DNA from: Nageia nagi
Taxonomy: Eukaryota > Plantae > Pinophyta
Length of the DNA: 64,000 nucleotides
Assembly: GCA_050084985.1 (NCBI GenBank)
Contig: JBITNC010000001.1
Span: 144,274,001-144,338,000, forward strand
Direction of reading: 5' to 3'
Shown: in pieces, positions 13,922 to 25,130 of the stretch
How positions within the stretch are numbered: the stretch's first letter is position 1
Layout: each line of letters starts with the position of its first letter
Made by a program: the position numbers and the translations under genes
Notes under the pieces: generated by a model
Told to the model about the DNA's origin: nothing
Database searches by the model: none
Seen by the model: the letters and a program-made list of their open reading frames with translations, nothing else

Positions 13922-14830
13922 CCTTTTTTAGACATTTTTAATCACTTTTTAAAATAATACTTAAAGGTTCATTTTGAGGCATCTACACCTTAGTTCTCCT
14001 TCAACTTCTCCCTCCATCCCCATCCCTTGCCTCCACCCCTTCCCTCTCCTTTGTGTTCTTTCCCTGATCTCCCTTACTTCTCCTTCATCCCCTTTCTTCA
14101 TCATCCTCTCCTTCCTCAGATGATGATGTAAAGAACTCTCCTACAATGACCAATAATTGTGCCTCCTCTGGGGTGTAGCAAGTAGCACCTTACTAGTCAT
14201 ATGAGTTCCCTATGGTCTCTTGGAAGGTTTGACCTATGATTTTTTATAAGAAACATAACACTTCTACTTTTTATTGGATCAATGATTCATCAGTAGGGGT
14301 GATGACTAGATTAAAATGTATCAGCTCTGGATGGATATTTAGGCTCATTATGATGATGTGTATTTTCAAGGTATGGTAATACATTTTTAAAGTTTACTAT
14401 CACTACAAATCATGAGGATATTCATGTGGTAATTCTATATACAATGATTGAGGAATTCACTCAACAAGGGCTTCAAGCATTCTCGAGATTCTTTGATATA
14501 TGTCATATTGATCTAGGCACCTAATAGATTGAGATAGAATCTAATAGATTGGTTTAGGTATTGGGCCTTGAGTAGTTTTTTTATAGTTTATCTTATTTAT
14601 TTTAGAATTCTTTGTAAAGGATAAATATTTTATTTTTTATAGGTATATCATGAATATTTGAAGAATTTGTAAATACAAGTACTAGCCCCCTATATAAAAA
14701 AACATGTTTAGAATAATTTTACCCTTACCCAAAAAATCACTAATAATATAATTTGGTAGAGCTTCAACTATTCATTTTCATTATCTTATTTTATAGTCCT
14801 TTGTATTTAATAATATTTTTTTTTAATTTT

Positions 14831-15212
14831 ATTTATTTATTTTGTATATGTTTTTACCTTAGTGATGAAGTATGAATATATTTTAAAATATCTTTTAAAT
14901 ACATATTTTTCTTTAATCTATATTATGTAACATTAAGTTATGTTTCATAATAACTTTAAATAATATAAATTATTTTTTTAATAAATTATTTAAAATATTT
15001 GATCCTAATATTTTTGAAAAAGTTTATTTTTATTTATTTTGTATATGTTTTTACCTTGGTGATGAAGTATGAACATATTTTAAAATATCTTTTAAATATA
15101 TATTTTCTTTAATCTATGTTATGTAATCTATATTATGTAACATTAAGTTATGTTTCATAATAAATTTAAATAATATAAAGTATTTTTTCATGAAATATTT
15201 AATCCTAATATT
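14831..15212. repeat. Tandem duplication, two ~195-bp AT-rich units
   Basis: TTTATTTATTTTGTATATGTTTTTACCTT(A/G)GTGATGAAGTATG... occurs at ~14833 and ~15029 with near-identical continuation. Confidence 0.92.
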
Positions 15213-15971
15213 GCATATAAACCATTTTAAAGAATTAATGTGTATTTCAAGTTTGTAACTCTATATTATTAATGCAAAAATTGAAAGAATACTTTGTCAT
15301 TTTTTAGTAAAAGAATAGAATAGAATTTCGATTAATGTCCATTGGTGACCAAAAAAGGTCAACAGGACTATAAAGTAGGACATATACAAAGCAATAGGAA
15401 TGCCTAGTATAACTATAGATGAAATAAAATAAGAAAAATAATAAACAAAACATAAATAAGGTCTATGAATCAAGGATTTCTCCCAACATTCAAGGGTGCA
15501 AATAAGTGAGTGATACAAGAGTCTAACATCCTCCTAGATGGTCCATGTTGGAGTCAACGATGAGAAATTCTTGTTGTATCTCTATGATTACCTTGTTGTT
15601 TTCTTGTCATGGCTTCTAGAGGCTAGAAAAATGAAGTGATAAGTTAGAATCCTATTATCCTTTGCAAACTGTTACTAAGTAGTTTTTTTCTAAGGTTGAA
15701 TAATTCTCAGATGAAAAGGGAAATGCATCTCTTGTCTTCATAATTAATCCAATACTTCAGTGTATGGATGTCTCTGAATAAGAAATAATATCTACCTTAT
15801 ATCTCATAGTAGACAAGATAAGTGAAAACGAAATGCTCCTTGGATTCCATATCAAGATTGCACAATATGCAAATATGCTAATCTCTGGGGAGGTAATGAT
15901 CTATCTTAATACACAATTGGTGGGAGCAAACTCATAGCTGAGTTAGAGGAAACCTGAGGTTATGCAACATT

Positions 15972-18900
15972 TGTTAGAATGTATAATGCATTATTGTAAA
16001 AGTTATGCAATGATCTTCTATGTAAGTTCACTAATACTTAAGAGTATCATTTGATACCTTAAGTATTTAAGTGAATATGATAATGTTACTTGTCCTACAC
16101 TCCATCTCATGAGCATTCCCCTTGGATAAAAGGATGTGCATGTCATGCTTTTGTACAGTGGATAAAAAGGTGATCTAAAGAGGATTTTGGCCTATAAATA
16201 GAAGGCTTCCTCTTTGTGATCACACACCAATTTGTGGATTAAAGTTGTGCTAGAGGATAGTGTTTAGGAGATGAGTTTAGAAGGATTGTAAGAGTTTATA
16301 TTTGTGAATGAAGTGAGATCTAGTTAGTGGATGTACTCCTAGTTGGAGGAACCACTTACATCTTGAGTTATCTTTGTGAGATTGCTTTGTGAGTTATTTT
16401 TAGATGTGATCTTGCGAGTTTAGAGTTGCTTATGTTATAGTTCAACTCTCTCATTTGGTGTCAGAGCTTGGTGTGGTAGCTCTTCTTCTTGGTGTTGAGG
16501 ATTTTCTACTACAACTTGGTGATTTTCATTCCTCATTCTACACCTCATCTCTCCATTTCATTGTTAAGGTAAAACTAAGAGAAGGTATTAATTCCTTTCC
16601 ACTTAGTTATTATTTTTCTTATTACATTATGCTACTAACATATTATTTGCTATGTGTTAGTGCCTTTGAAGCATAATAAGGCTAACAAAAATGTAAAATT
16701 TTTAAGTTTAAGCTATCCTCCCATGTTACTTGCAATTTTTTTTAATTGCTAAATTTTTTTAAGGGGTTATTATATAAAAGAAATTTTTGTGTAATATTAC
16801 AAAAGTGATACTACTTTGTAATATTACAAAACTTGCCTAAAAATTAATTAAAAAGTATGATGCAATTTTTTCAAATATTAATACCTTTTTTTCTAAAAAA
16901 TTGGGAAAGCTTAGCAAACAAATTGCAATATTTCACAATTTTTTGAAGCATTTTTTTCACAAAAAATTGACTCTGTATTTGAAAATAAATTATTCTTTTG
17001 CAATATTTTTTTTACAACCTTGTGAGGAAAATGCTTGTATTATCATTACAAAATTTTTTTTAATGAAAAATAATTTCCTCTTTGACATCTGCTTCCCTGT
17101 ACGGTATCAATCGACCCTTCGTGCAACCTCCCTCTTCTTGAACCTACATGCTATTAAAAAAAAAAACCTTCATGCTGTCTTGCCCCACAACCTTCGTAGC
17201 CATGTTTGTGCACATCCATGATTGATCCATAACCTCCAAACCTATCATTAGGACACCCATAATATACCCATGGAATCCCAATCATATACAAGGTAGCTGC
17301 ACACATTATGCAGGGCTCACACATCACATAAAGCTCATAATTTTGTAATTGCTTTGCAATCTATTGTTTGGAAGAGGTAGAGGAGATCATCTATGGCTTC
17401 CATCTCCGCATGATGCATAGCATTTCAGCTATGATTAGTTCAATTACTTCCACTAGTAATAATGCAGCCATTTTCTATGATGATGTGGCCAACAGGAACT
17501 TCAAGCTATGCAAGGGCAAGCCTTGCTTCTTCCAATGCCTTCTCCATGAACTCTACTTCCATTACGCTGTTGAAAATTCTCCATAGGTGCCTCCCACTCT
17601 TACCTTAAAGGATAATAGGAGGCATTTTTTTTATTGTCTATGCATTGAATTTTTTTTACTACCACACAAAGGGTGGCTCCTAAGGTGCATTGAATTACTT
17701 ACAACATATTTGCCTTCACTAAATGCATTTGCAAAAGCAAAGTATTCTCCTTTTTGGTAAGGGAGGGATGGCCATCTCTTTACCTAAATGCATTTATTTT
17801 TTTGCTTAGGAATAAGTATTCCATCATGAATAGCCTTTGACTTAGTGTATTTTTTTATTTTACTTGGAGTGTTTAGGGTAAAATGGCATTAAAATTATTT
17901 GACTTTTTTCTTAGAAGCATGATAGCTTATTAAACACTTGTTTAAATGAAGAAAATCAATTTTTTTTGAAGTAGACATTTTTAATGCCTATAATTACATT
18001 ATTTAATTTGTTTTTTAAGTGCTTATTGTTGGCATTAATGCTTAGCATTAAGTAAATAGCATGCTATCTTTAGAATAAATTGTAAGTAAAAGAGGGGGAA
18101 AATTGTATAATTCTTTACTTAACTTTTATCTATAACATGTTAGATAAAATATTGCATGTCTATCTATTTTTGAATAATGTATGGTAACTTTTTTTTAAAT
18201 AGATAGACAAATGCAAATTGAGTTAATGATGCACATTTTAGAACTTAATTTTTTTTAATATAATGCATACTTACGATTAGTACTTATGCTTAGTACTTAA
18301 ATTTTTAAAATAATGAGTGATTGTGCTTAGTGCTTAATTTTTTTTAAGTTAATAATGCATGCTTAGGACTTAATTTAGATGCTTAAGACTTAGATTTTTT
18401 AAGTCAATGATGCATGCTTATTACTTACATTTTTTTTAAGTTATAATGCAATTTACTTCTTTATACAACATGGACTTATGCAAAACTAGGAATGATGTAA
18501 ATATATTCTTTAGGGGTTGGTAAACAAAACCCATTAGACACTTAGGTTTCAAATATTTGAATGGATGATTTTTTTTTCTTATGCTCATTTACTTTATGTT
18601 TCGCACTTTGATTTATTTGCTTATGCAAACAAAAATGCAAACATTGATATAAGCAACCCCCTAAAATGAACACATCCACATGTACATTCTGCAACATGAC
18701 TTGTTTAGGGAGCCATGAGTTGAGGATACGCAGACTGGAGCCTTTAAGTTCGATGATCCAAATGGTGAAAAGTTTGTACTTCTCAATTGCCCCTAAGTCC
18801 TCTGTTGGTGTGGACATAACTCCAATAGGTGGACAAGCATGTGTGTAGTGATACCACATGTCCACACATCCATTTAGGGATTATCCTGATAACCTAGGAG

Positions 18901-19962
18901 GACAACTTGAAACCTAATCAAGATTAATAATTTGGCCAATCTAAAAAATGTCATAACGTTAGAAAATAGTAGGTACTTCTTCTTGTGAGAAAGTATAAAA
19001 TTAACTAAGGTAAATTGGTTGAGGATTGGTAGTACTTGGGCTCCTCTTGTGTGGGCATCCAAGTGAATTCCTAATTTTAGATAAGAAAACAAGCCTCAAC
19101 AATGTCACTTTACATCTATAGTTCTTGAGATGAGAAATGTATTTGGGTACATAGATTATTTTAGTTGTAAAACATTTGCACTAGTGAAACAAATCAAGCA
19201 CGTCTTAGTTAATTAAATGTATCATGTATTACTTGGTGATAACTTAAACTTATAATGTTGTTTATTGAACCACATGCTTATTATTTTTCACATTCTTGTG
19301 TAGCAAATGGGAGAATCCTTTTTACCCAAACACATTCTCGATGGTTCCAACTTTGGAATTTGGGAACCATGGATGAGAGTTGAATTGCAAGCAAGGAAGC
19401 TTTAGAAAACAATGAATGAGAACCAAGGAAGTTTTACTTTCTCTTGTTCTTCTCTCTTATTCACTCTATCCCAATATTGCATTAAGGGGCAGTGTTGGAA
19501 TGTATAATGCATTATTGTAAAGGTTATGTAATAATCTTCTATATAAGTTCACTAATACTTAAGGGTATCATTTGATACCTTAAGTGTTTAAGTGAATATG
19601 ATAATGTTACTTGTCCTACACTCCATGTCATGAGCATGCCCCTTGGATAAAAGGATGTGCATGTCATGCTTTTGTACATTAGATAAAAGGGTGATCCAAA
19701 GAGGGATTTTGTCCTATAAATAGAAGGCTCACTCTTTGTGATTACACACCAATTTGTGAAATAAAGTTGTGCTAGAATATAGTGTTTAGAACATGAGTTT
19801 AGAAGGATTGTAAGAATTCATATTTGTGAATGAAGTGAGATCTAGTTAGTGGATGTACTCCTAGTTGGAGGAACCACTTACATCTTGAGTTATCTTTGTG
19901 AGTTATTTTTAGATGTGATCTTGGGATTTTAGAGTTGCTTATGTAATATTTCAACTCTCTTA
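15972..19962 (+). mobile_element. Non-autonomous Ty1/copia LTR retrotransposon, copy 2 (both LTRs, PBS, PPT, degenerate TSD)
   Basis: 5' LTR 15972-16453 (TG..CA), PBS TGGTGTCAGAGC 16456-16467, PPT AAGGGGCAG ending 19492, 3' LTR 19493-19962 (TG..TA). About 30 substitutions between LTRs by eye (~93-94% identity). Flanks ACATT / GCATC. Confidence 0.95.
19307..19420 (+). pseudogene. Copia gag N-terminus (DUF4219-like), truncated
   Basis: MGESFLPKHILDGSNFGIWEPWMRVELQARKL*KTMNE matches copia LDGxNYxxWxxxMxxxLxAxxLW. The PPT follows ~60 bp later. Confidence 0.85.
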
Positions 19963-22889
19963 GCATCCGTATCAAGTTATATTTTGAATTAATGACCAAA
20001 CCATTCTCTAGTTGGAAATCAAAGTGAGAGTAATGGAGCAATTTTGGTGAAAGAGGTTCCTTTGGTTCAGTCCAAGTAGTTCTTATATATGTTGAGTATA
20101 TCTCATCTTGAATGTCCTTATTAGAATATGGTGTATTGATTAATGACTTAGTAGGAGAATACATAATAATTTTGATGCTCAATGATGGTAAGTTTAAAAC
20201 TATTATAAAAATATATGTTATAATTTAAAAGTTTTATTTTGATATAAGAATCTCATAAGATATCAAATTCCATTTATAGTAAATAAATACAAAACTATTA
20301 GATGATTCCAATAAGATACATAAATCTAAAATTTCATATGGAATGTATAGCTTTCAATTTGAATATATATAAATTTATTAACATTCATCATCAATAGAAA
20401 AAGTTCAATCATAAATCATCATCAAAGATATATAAATTTATTATCACCAAGTAAACCAAGGTTATCATTAATTAATGACATTTATCAAGTGAATATATCA
20501 TCATCAATCATTATATTAAAAAATAAATAATATGTCACTATTATACTTTTAATGATAATGTCAATGGTGTAATATTATACCAATGTAATACTAATAAAAG
20601 TAAGTAGTTTATTATTGATAAAGAAAGTTAGGCCTATTACAAAATCACCAATAAGTTGGAATATAAACTTAATCAATGGACATGAGTAGTATATTATTGA
20701 TAAAAAAAGAGTTTATTCAAGTTAAAAATTATCTAATGCTCATATTAGATCCTCATAGTTCAATGCAAACTATATACTAAAACTAGATATATAAATATAA
20801 AAATATCTAGATATTCATTTCCTCTTATTAAACCTCTTTTACCAATATAATCACTGAATCACCCTCAATCAAAAATAACAAAATCTACCAAATATTCTCT
20901 ATAGTCACTATCCATTTATCGATCCATAAATGGAAGGTATTGTTGATCGAGTCCCACCTCTTACATAACATTATGACATATCCTGAGTCTGTTACTTCTT
21001 TATGTATCATAAACATGTATCCTAAGCTTATATTTTGAATCCATGCCCATCCAATGGTAGGCATATCTCAATGAAGGTTTTTCCATAGTGCCCTAAAGTA
21101 ATGTATCACCATCAGAGTCTCCTCAGCATGGTTACTAAGGAAATGTATTTGTCATTGCACCTATTTATATACCTAAAACCTTCGAATCACATAAAATTTT
21201 GATGCATAAAGTTTATTTATATTTTCTTATTATGGTGGTTATTTTCCTTGTTTTTCATACTCCTATATTCATTAGAAAAGGTGTATTATAGGTGGCATAT
21301 ATGGTTTTTCATGTCTAAAGTATGTAGAACCAATCAGTTTGTAGGTAATTTATTTAAGGATAAAACAATGATATTTGTAATTACCTGGTTCACACAGTTT
21401 TAAAAACATTTTAAATTTTTACAAAGAAATATTTTTCAAATTGAGCAACATACCTAAATACTTCACTTGTGCAATATTGTTCATAGTTTGCATGGGGACA
21501 TCTTCTTTTGGCATTGCTATAACTCAAAAACTAAATCAAGATTCCTAACATACAAAGGTTCATGGCCTTAGCCACTCATAATTCTATAGTTGAACTTCAT
21601 TCTTTGAAGGCATAATAACAATATTGGACTTATGTACAAAGCATAAAGAATTTTTTAATATTAAATACAAAAAATAAAAACATTATTGCAATAAAATAGC
21701 TTATAAACTTGGTCAAATGAAGTTTGTAGCACATGTTCCACAGTTGATGAGCTCAAAAATTTATAAAATCATGCTAATCAATTAAGGGTATTATATCAAA
21801 TATTACATTAGGGTAGCTCAATTATAACTCTTAATTCATTATGATAAACTAAATAAACCTTTGAAAACTACAATCATATTTGAAGATCCCCAAGATGTTT
21901 TATCACATATGGAACTATCATGTTGTGTATATTATTGGTAAAGCAATGACCAAAGCTCAACATTCATTATACATAATGAGGATTTAGAAAAGTTGATGAA
22001 GTTTAAATCAAAGTGCATATTCAAATATTTGTAAGAGTGTATAGCGACCAAGGTTCATGTCTCAAAGTGGAACATGTTTTTGAAATACATTTTAGCACAA
22101 GGTTCCCCTCAATTAACGAGATGGAAGGTATTATAACCATATTAAAAGGGGTGATTTCCTACCATGTTGTTTAGTATCAAGAGCTTACACAGTAAACTAT
22201 GTTTCACTAAATATTACCATTAGTGGTAATTATCATTTATATCAGGAATGTCAAAAGCATTATTAAAAAGCAATAAAATATGTCTCAATTTTTAAAATTG
22301 ATGATCCTTAAATAATATGGTGAGCCTTAAAGTACATCTCAATTTTTAAAATTGGTGAGCCTTAAAAGTACATTCAAATTACTATTTATATTTATTCAAA
22401 CTACCATCAACATATTGTTTAGGCTTCAAACTGTTGAGAAGTACATTCAAATTTATATTCATATTTGTTCATATTTTAACCTTTTTTACTACCATGAACA
22501 CATTGTTTAGGGTTTGAATTGTTGAAAAGTACATTCAAATTTCTAGGCATATTTGTTCAAATTTTCAAAGTTTTAAAATTTTTAAAAGTTCAAAATATTT
22601 CTAAGTGCTGCAAAAATATTATACCTACATGTGTTGAACCAAGACATTTTTGTAAAAGATTTTATTTCAAATGAATGAATTAATTGCATTATGCATGCTT
22701 AGTTCATGATATTATATAGCATCATTATCAAAATACACAACAATAATTATTAAAATATTTTAAAATATGATAAAATCACTGAAGTGTGCAAAAAAGAGAA
22801 TATTCACTTAAGGGCTAAATAAAGTGCAAATAGGTATTATCTAGATACTTAGATTAAGTCATTAAGGGAACTATATATGTCAAAGTTAA

Positions 22890-24130
22890 ATTAGAATTCT
22901 CATATTATGGTCTTCAACACCTCGAAGGCCATTGTTGTTCAGACTCATATCACTTACAAAGATAGGGTTATTGATATCACCACATCTTACACCCACCTGG
23001 GAGTGCTCTTCACGGGACCTTGCTTCTCTATGCAAGTGGCAACCCCACCCATAGTACAACATGGGTATGCAACAGTTTCCTCCTCGAAGGGACAATGTCT
23101 CTAGTACTATTTCCAAGATATCCCATCCAAGTTCCAGTTATTCCACACTTTGGTCACTCCCATAGTATTATATGGTTTTGAGGTTTGGGGCCCTAGCTTG
23201 AGGAGCTTGGATTGGGCCACAGTTAAGAGGATCTTGGTTGGCACCCTATGTCACTCTATTCAGAGTAAGAGGTCTATTTTGCATCATATTATGTTGGCAG
23301 AGTTTGGGTGCTAGCCTTTACAGATACGATCCCTTGCATTGATGTTCCTTTTTCTTCATTATCTCCATACCTTTGGTTCTACGGGTCAAGATGACCAACT
23401 CCCTTATAGAGCCTTGGCATCATCCATGGACTTGGCAACTCAAAATTTCATTGGTGTTGGTTCTCTAAAGTCTTCGAGGTATTGAAGTGCTTAGGGTTTT
23501 CACTAAACCAGTTACTTATACCCCAAAGAGACATAAATAAAGACCCAGATGTTACGTTAGCTTTGATCAAAGACATGCTTTATAGAGCCTATATTCAATG
23601 TACTTGGGTTGCCTCTAATCTCCCCTCACACCTAAGCTGTTGCACTACTCACATTACTTTCCTTCTTAGGAAGCATCTATTATTTGACTCCCAACACCTG
23701 ATAGGGGATCATTTGATTACCCCTTTCTTCTCAATTTCCTCAAGAGAGAGAGTTTATAGGTAGAGGATTAAGGACCCACTTCATCCTACTCGATGTCCCA
23801 GATAGAGGTTGCATGCTGACCTTAGTTCTATGAGGTCATAGTGGATCATGACCTTATTTAACTACAATAACGTCGATGCAAACACAAATCATTCTAGGAG
23901 TGCACAGTCAGACAAATCATGAGAGACTTCCCCTCTGACTCTATTTGCTCTTTATGCTTCTCTGCTCTACTATTTATTCTCTTTTAGGGATTAATCCCTA
24001 TATTATTCCCAGATTTTTAGTTTGCTTTGAGTGAGGGCCATTAAGCCCTTCATGCTGCTTTAGACTTGCATACTCTTCAGTCCCATTGATCACTTTTGGT
24101 CATCTATGGACAATAATATTTTTTTTTTCC
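22890..24130 (+). mobile_element. LINE remnant (RT C-terminal region to 3' UTR), related to the LINE at 15312-20182
   Basis: IMVFNT...SYTHLGVLF...LFHTLVTPIVLYGFEVWG...IMLAEFG are LINE RT thumb motifs. The 3' terminal motif TTTTGGTCATCTATGGACAATAAT (~24095-24118) matches TTTTGGTCACCAATGGACATTAAT at the other LINE's end (minus, 15331-15354). Confidence 0.85.
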
Positions 24131-24461
24131 TTTCTCTTCTTTCTCATTTATATACTTGCACACTTATGAATCTTTCTCCTAATTTAATTTAATATTTCAA
24201 GTTAGGGTTTGAAGAATTCAAGGGTTTCTACCATAATTCTCTATCAGCCATCTTCAAGCCTTACTCCATGCATGATTGGTAACATATTCATGGTGGATTT
24301 ATGCTCAATTTGATATTGTATTATATATATTTATGTTTCTTCAAGGTTTTTATAAGTATAAGAAATATTTCACCATAGAAATTCTTTATAACTTCAAGCT
24401 TTGTATAATTCATTAAATTATTTGCATGCAGCATAGTTTCTAGGCTAAAAATATAGTAAAT

Positions 24462-25130
24462 TGCATTTAGATTCAATATCTTTCATTGTTTACTCAATAT
24501 ATGCATAGATTCATGGTTTTAGTACACATTAAACCTTATGGGTATCCTTAAATACTTAAGATCTAGGATATTTAAGGTTCATTATCTAAAGTAGAGTTTG
24601 AATACTAAATTTATTCTAATACTTACAAGATCCATATAAATTACTCAGTTCATCATTATAATTGCTTGAAAATACACCTAAAAATTTGCACATTACATAA
24701 TAGGAGTCATTTTATTTTTTTCCTTCATTGATTTGAGGCTAAGCGGCTCACCTTATCTTTTGGAGTGAGAAAATTCACTCCATGTTAGCTTGAGTGCATT
24801 TAGATTCAATATCTTTACATTGTTAACTCTATAATTGCATAGATTCATGGTTTGAATACACGTTAGACCTTGTGGGTATCCATAAATCCTTGAGATTTTA
24901 GATTTTTTAAGGATTTTTTAAATCTAAAGCAGGGTTTGAATATTAAATTTATTTAAATACTTAGAAGATTCATTAAAATTGCTCAATTCATCATCATAAT
25001 TTCTTGAAAACACATATAGGCATTTGCATATTATATAATAGCACCATTTTATTCTTTGTATTCATTGATTTGAGGATAGGGGCTTACATTACCTTTTAGA
25101 ATGAGGAAACTCACTCCATGCTAGTTTGGG
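24462..25130. repeat. Tandem duplication, two ~334-bp diverged units
   Basis: TGCATTTAGATTCAATATCTTT... starts at 24462 and 24796; both units end ...CACTCCATG(T/C)TAG. Confidence 0.92.

Larger units (their letters stand above)
15312..20182 (-). mobile_element. LINE 3' remnant (ORF2 C-terminal Cys/His region, 3' UTR, (ATTCT)n tail) split by the copia insertion
   Basis: Minus 20182-19963 reads DIQDEIYSTYIRTTW...NLIRM and continues after the insertion (15971 leftwards) as LHNLRFPLTQL*VCSHQLCIKID..PRD*HICILCNLDMESKEHFVF...YYEI*GRYY. Tail ATTCTATTCTATTCT at 15312-15326. Confidence 0.85.

Noticed and set aside
15972-16453. Retrozyme (hammerhead ribozyme in the LTRs of a small non-autonomous element)
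   Set aside because: No CTGANGA...GAAA hammerhead core seen on either strand of the LTRs, and the element carries a copia gag fragment.
20200-22880. Possible DNA-transposon (hAT/MULE) remnant
   Set aside because: No recognisable transposase motif or terminal repeats; only short local repeats (AAGTACATTCAAATT, ~22280-22560).
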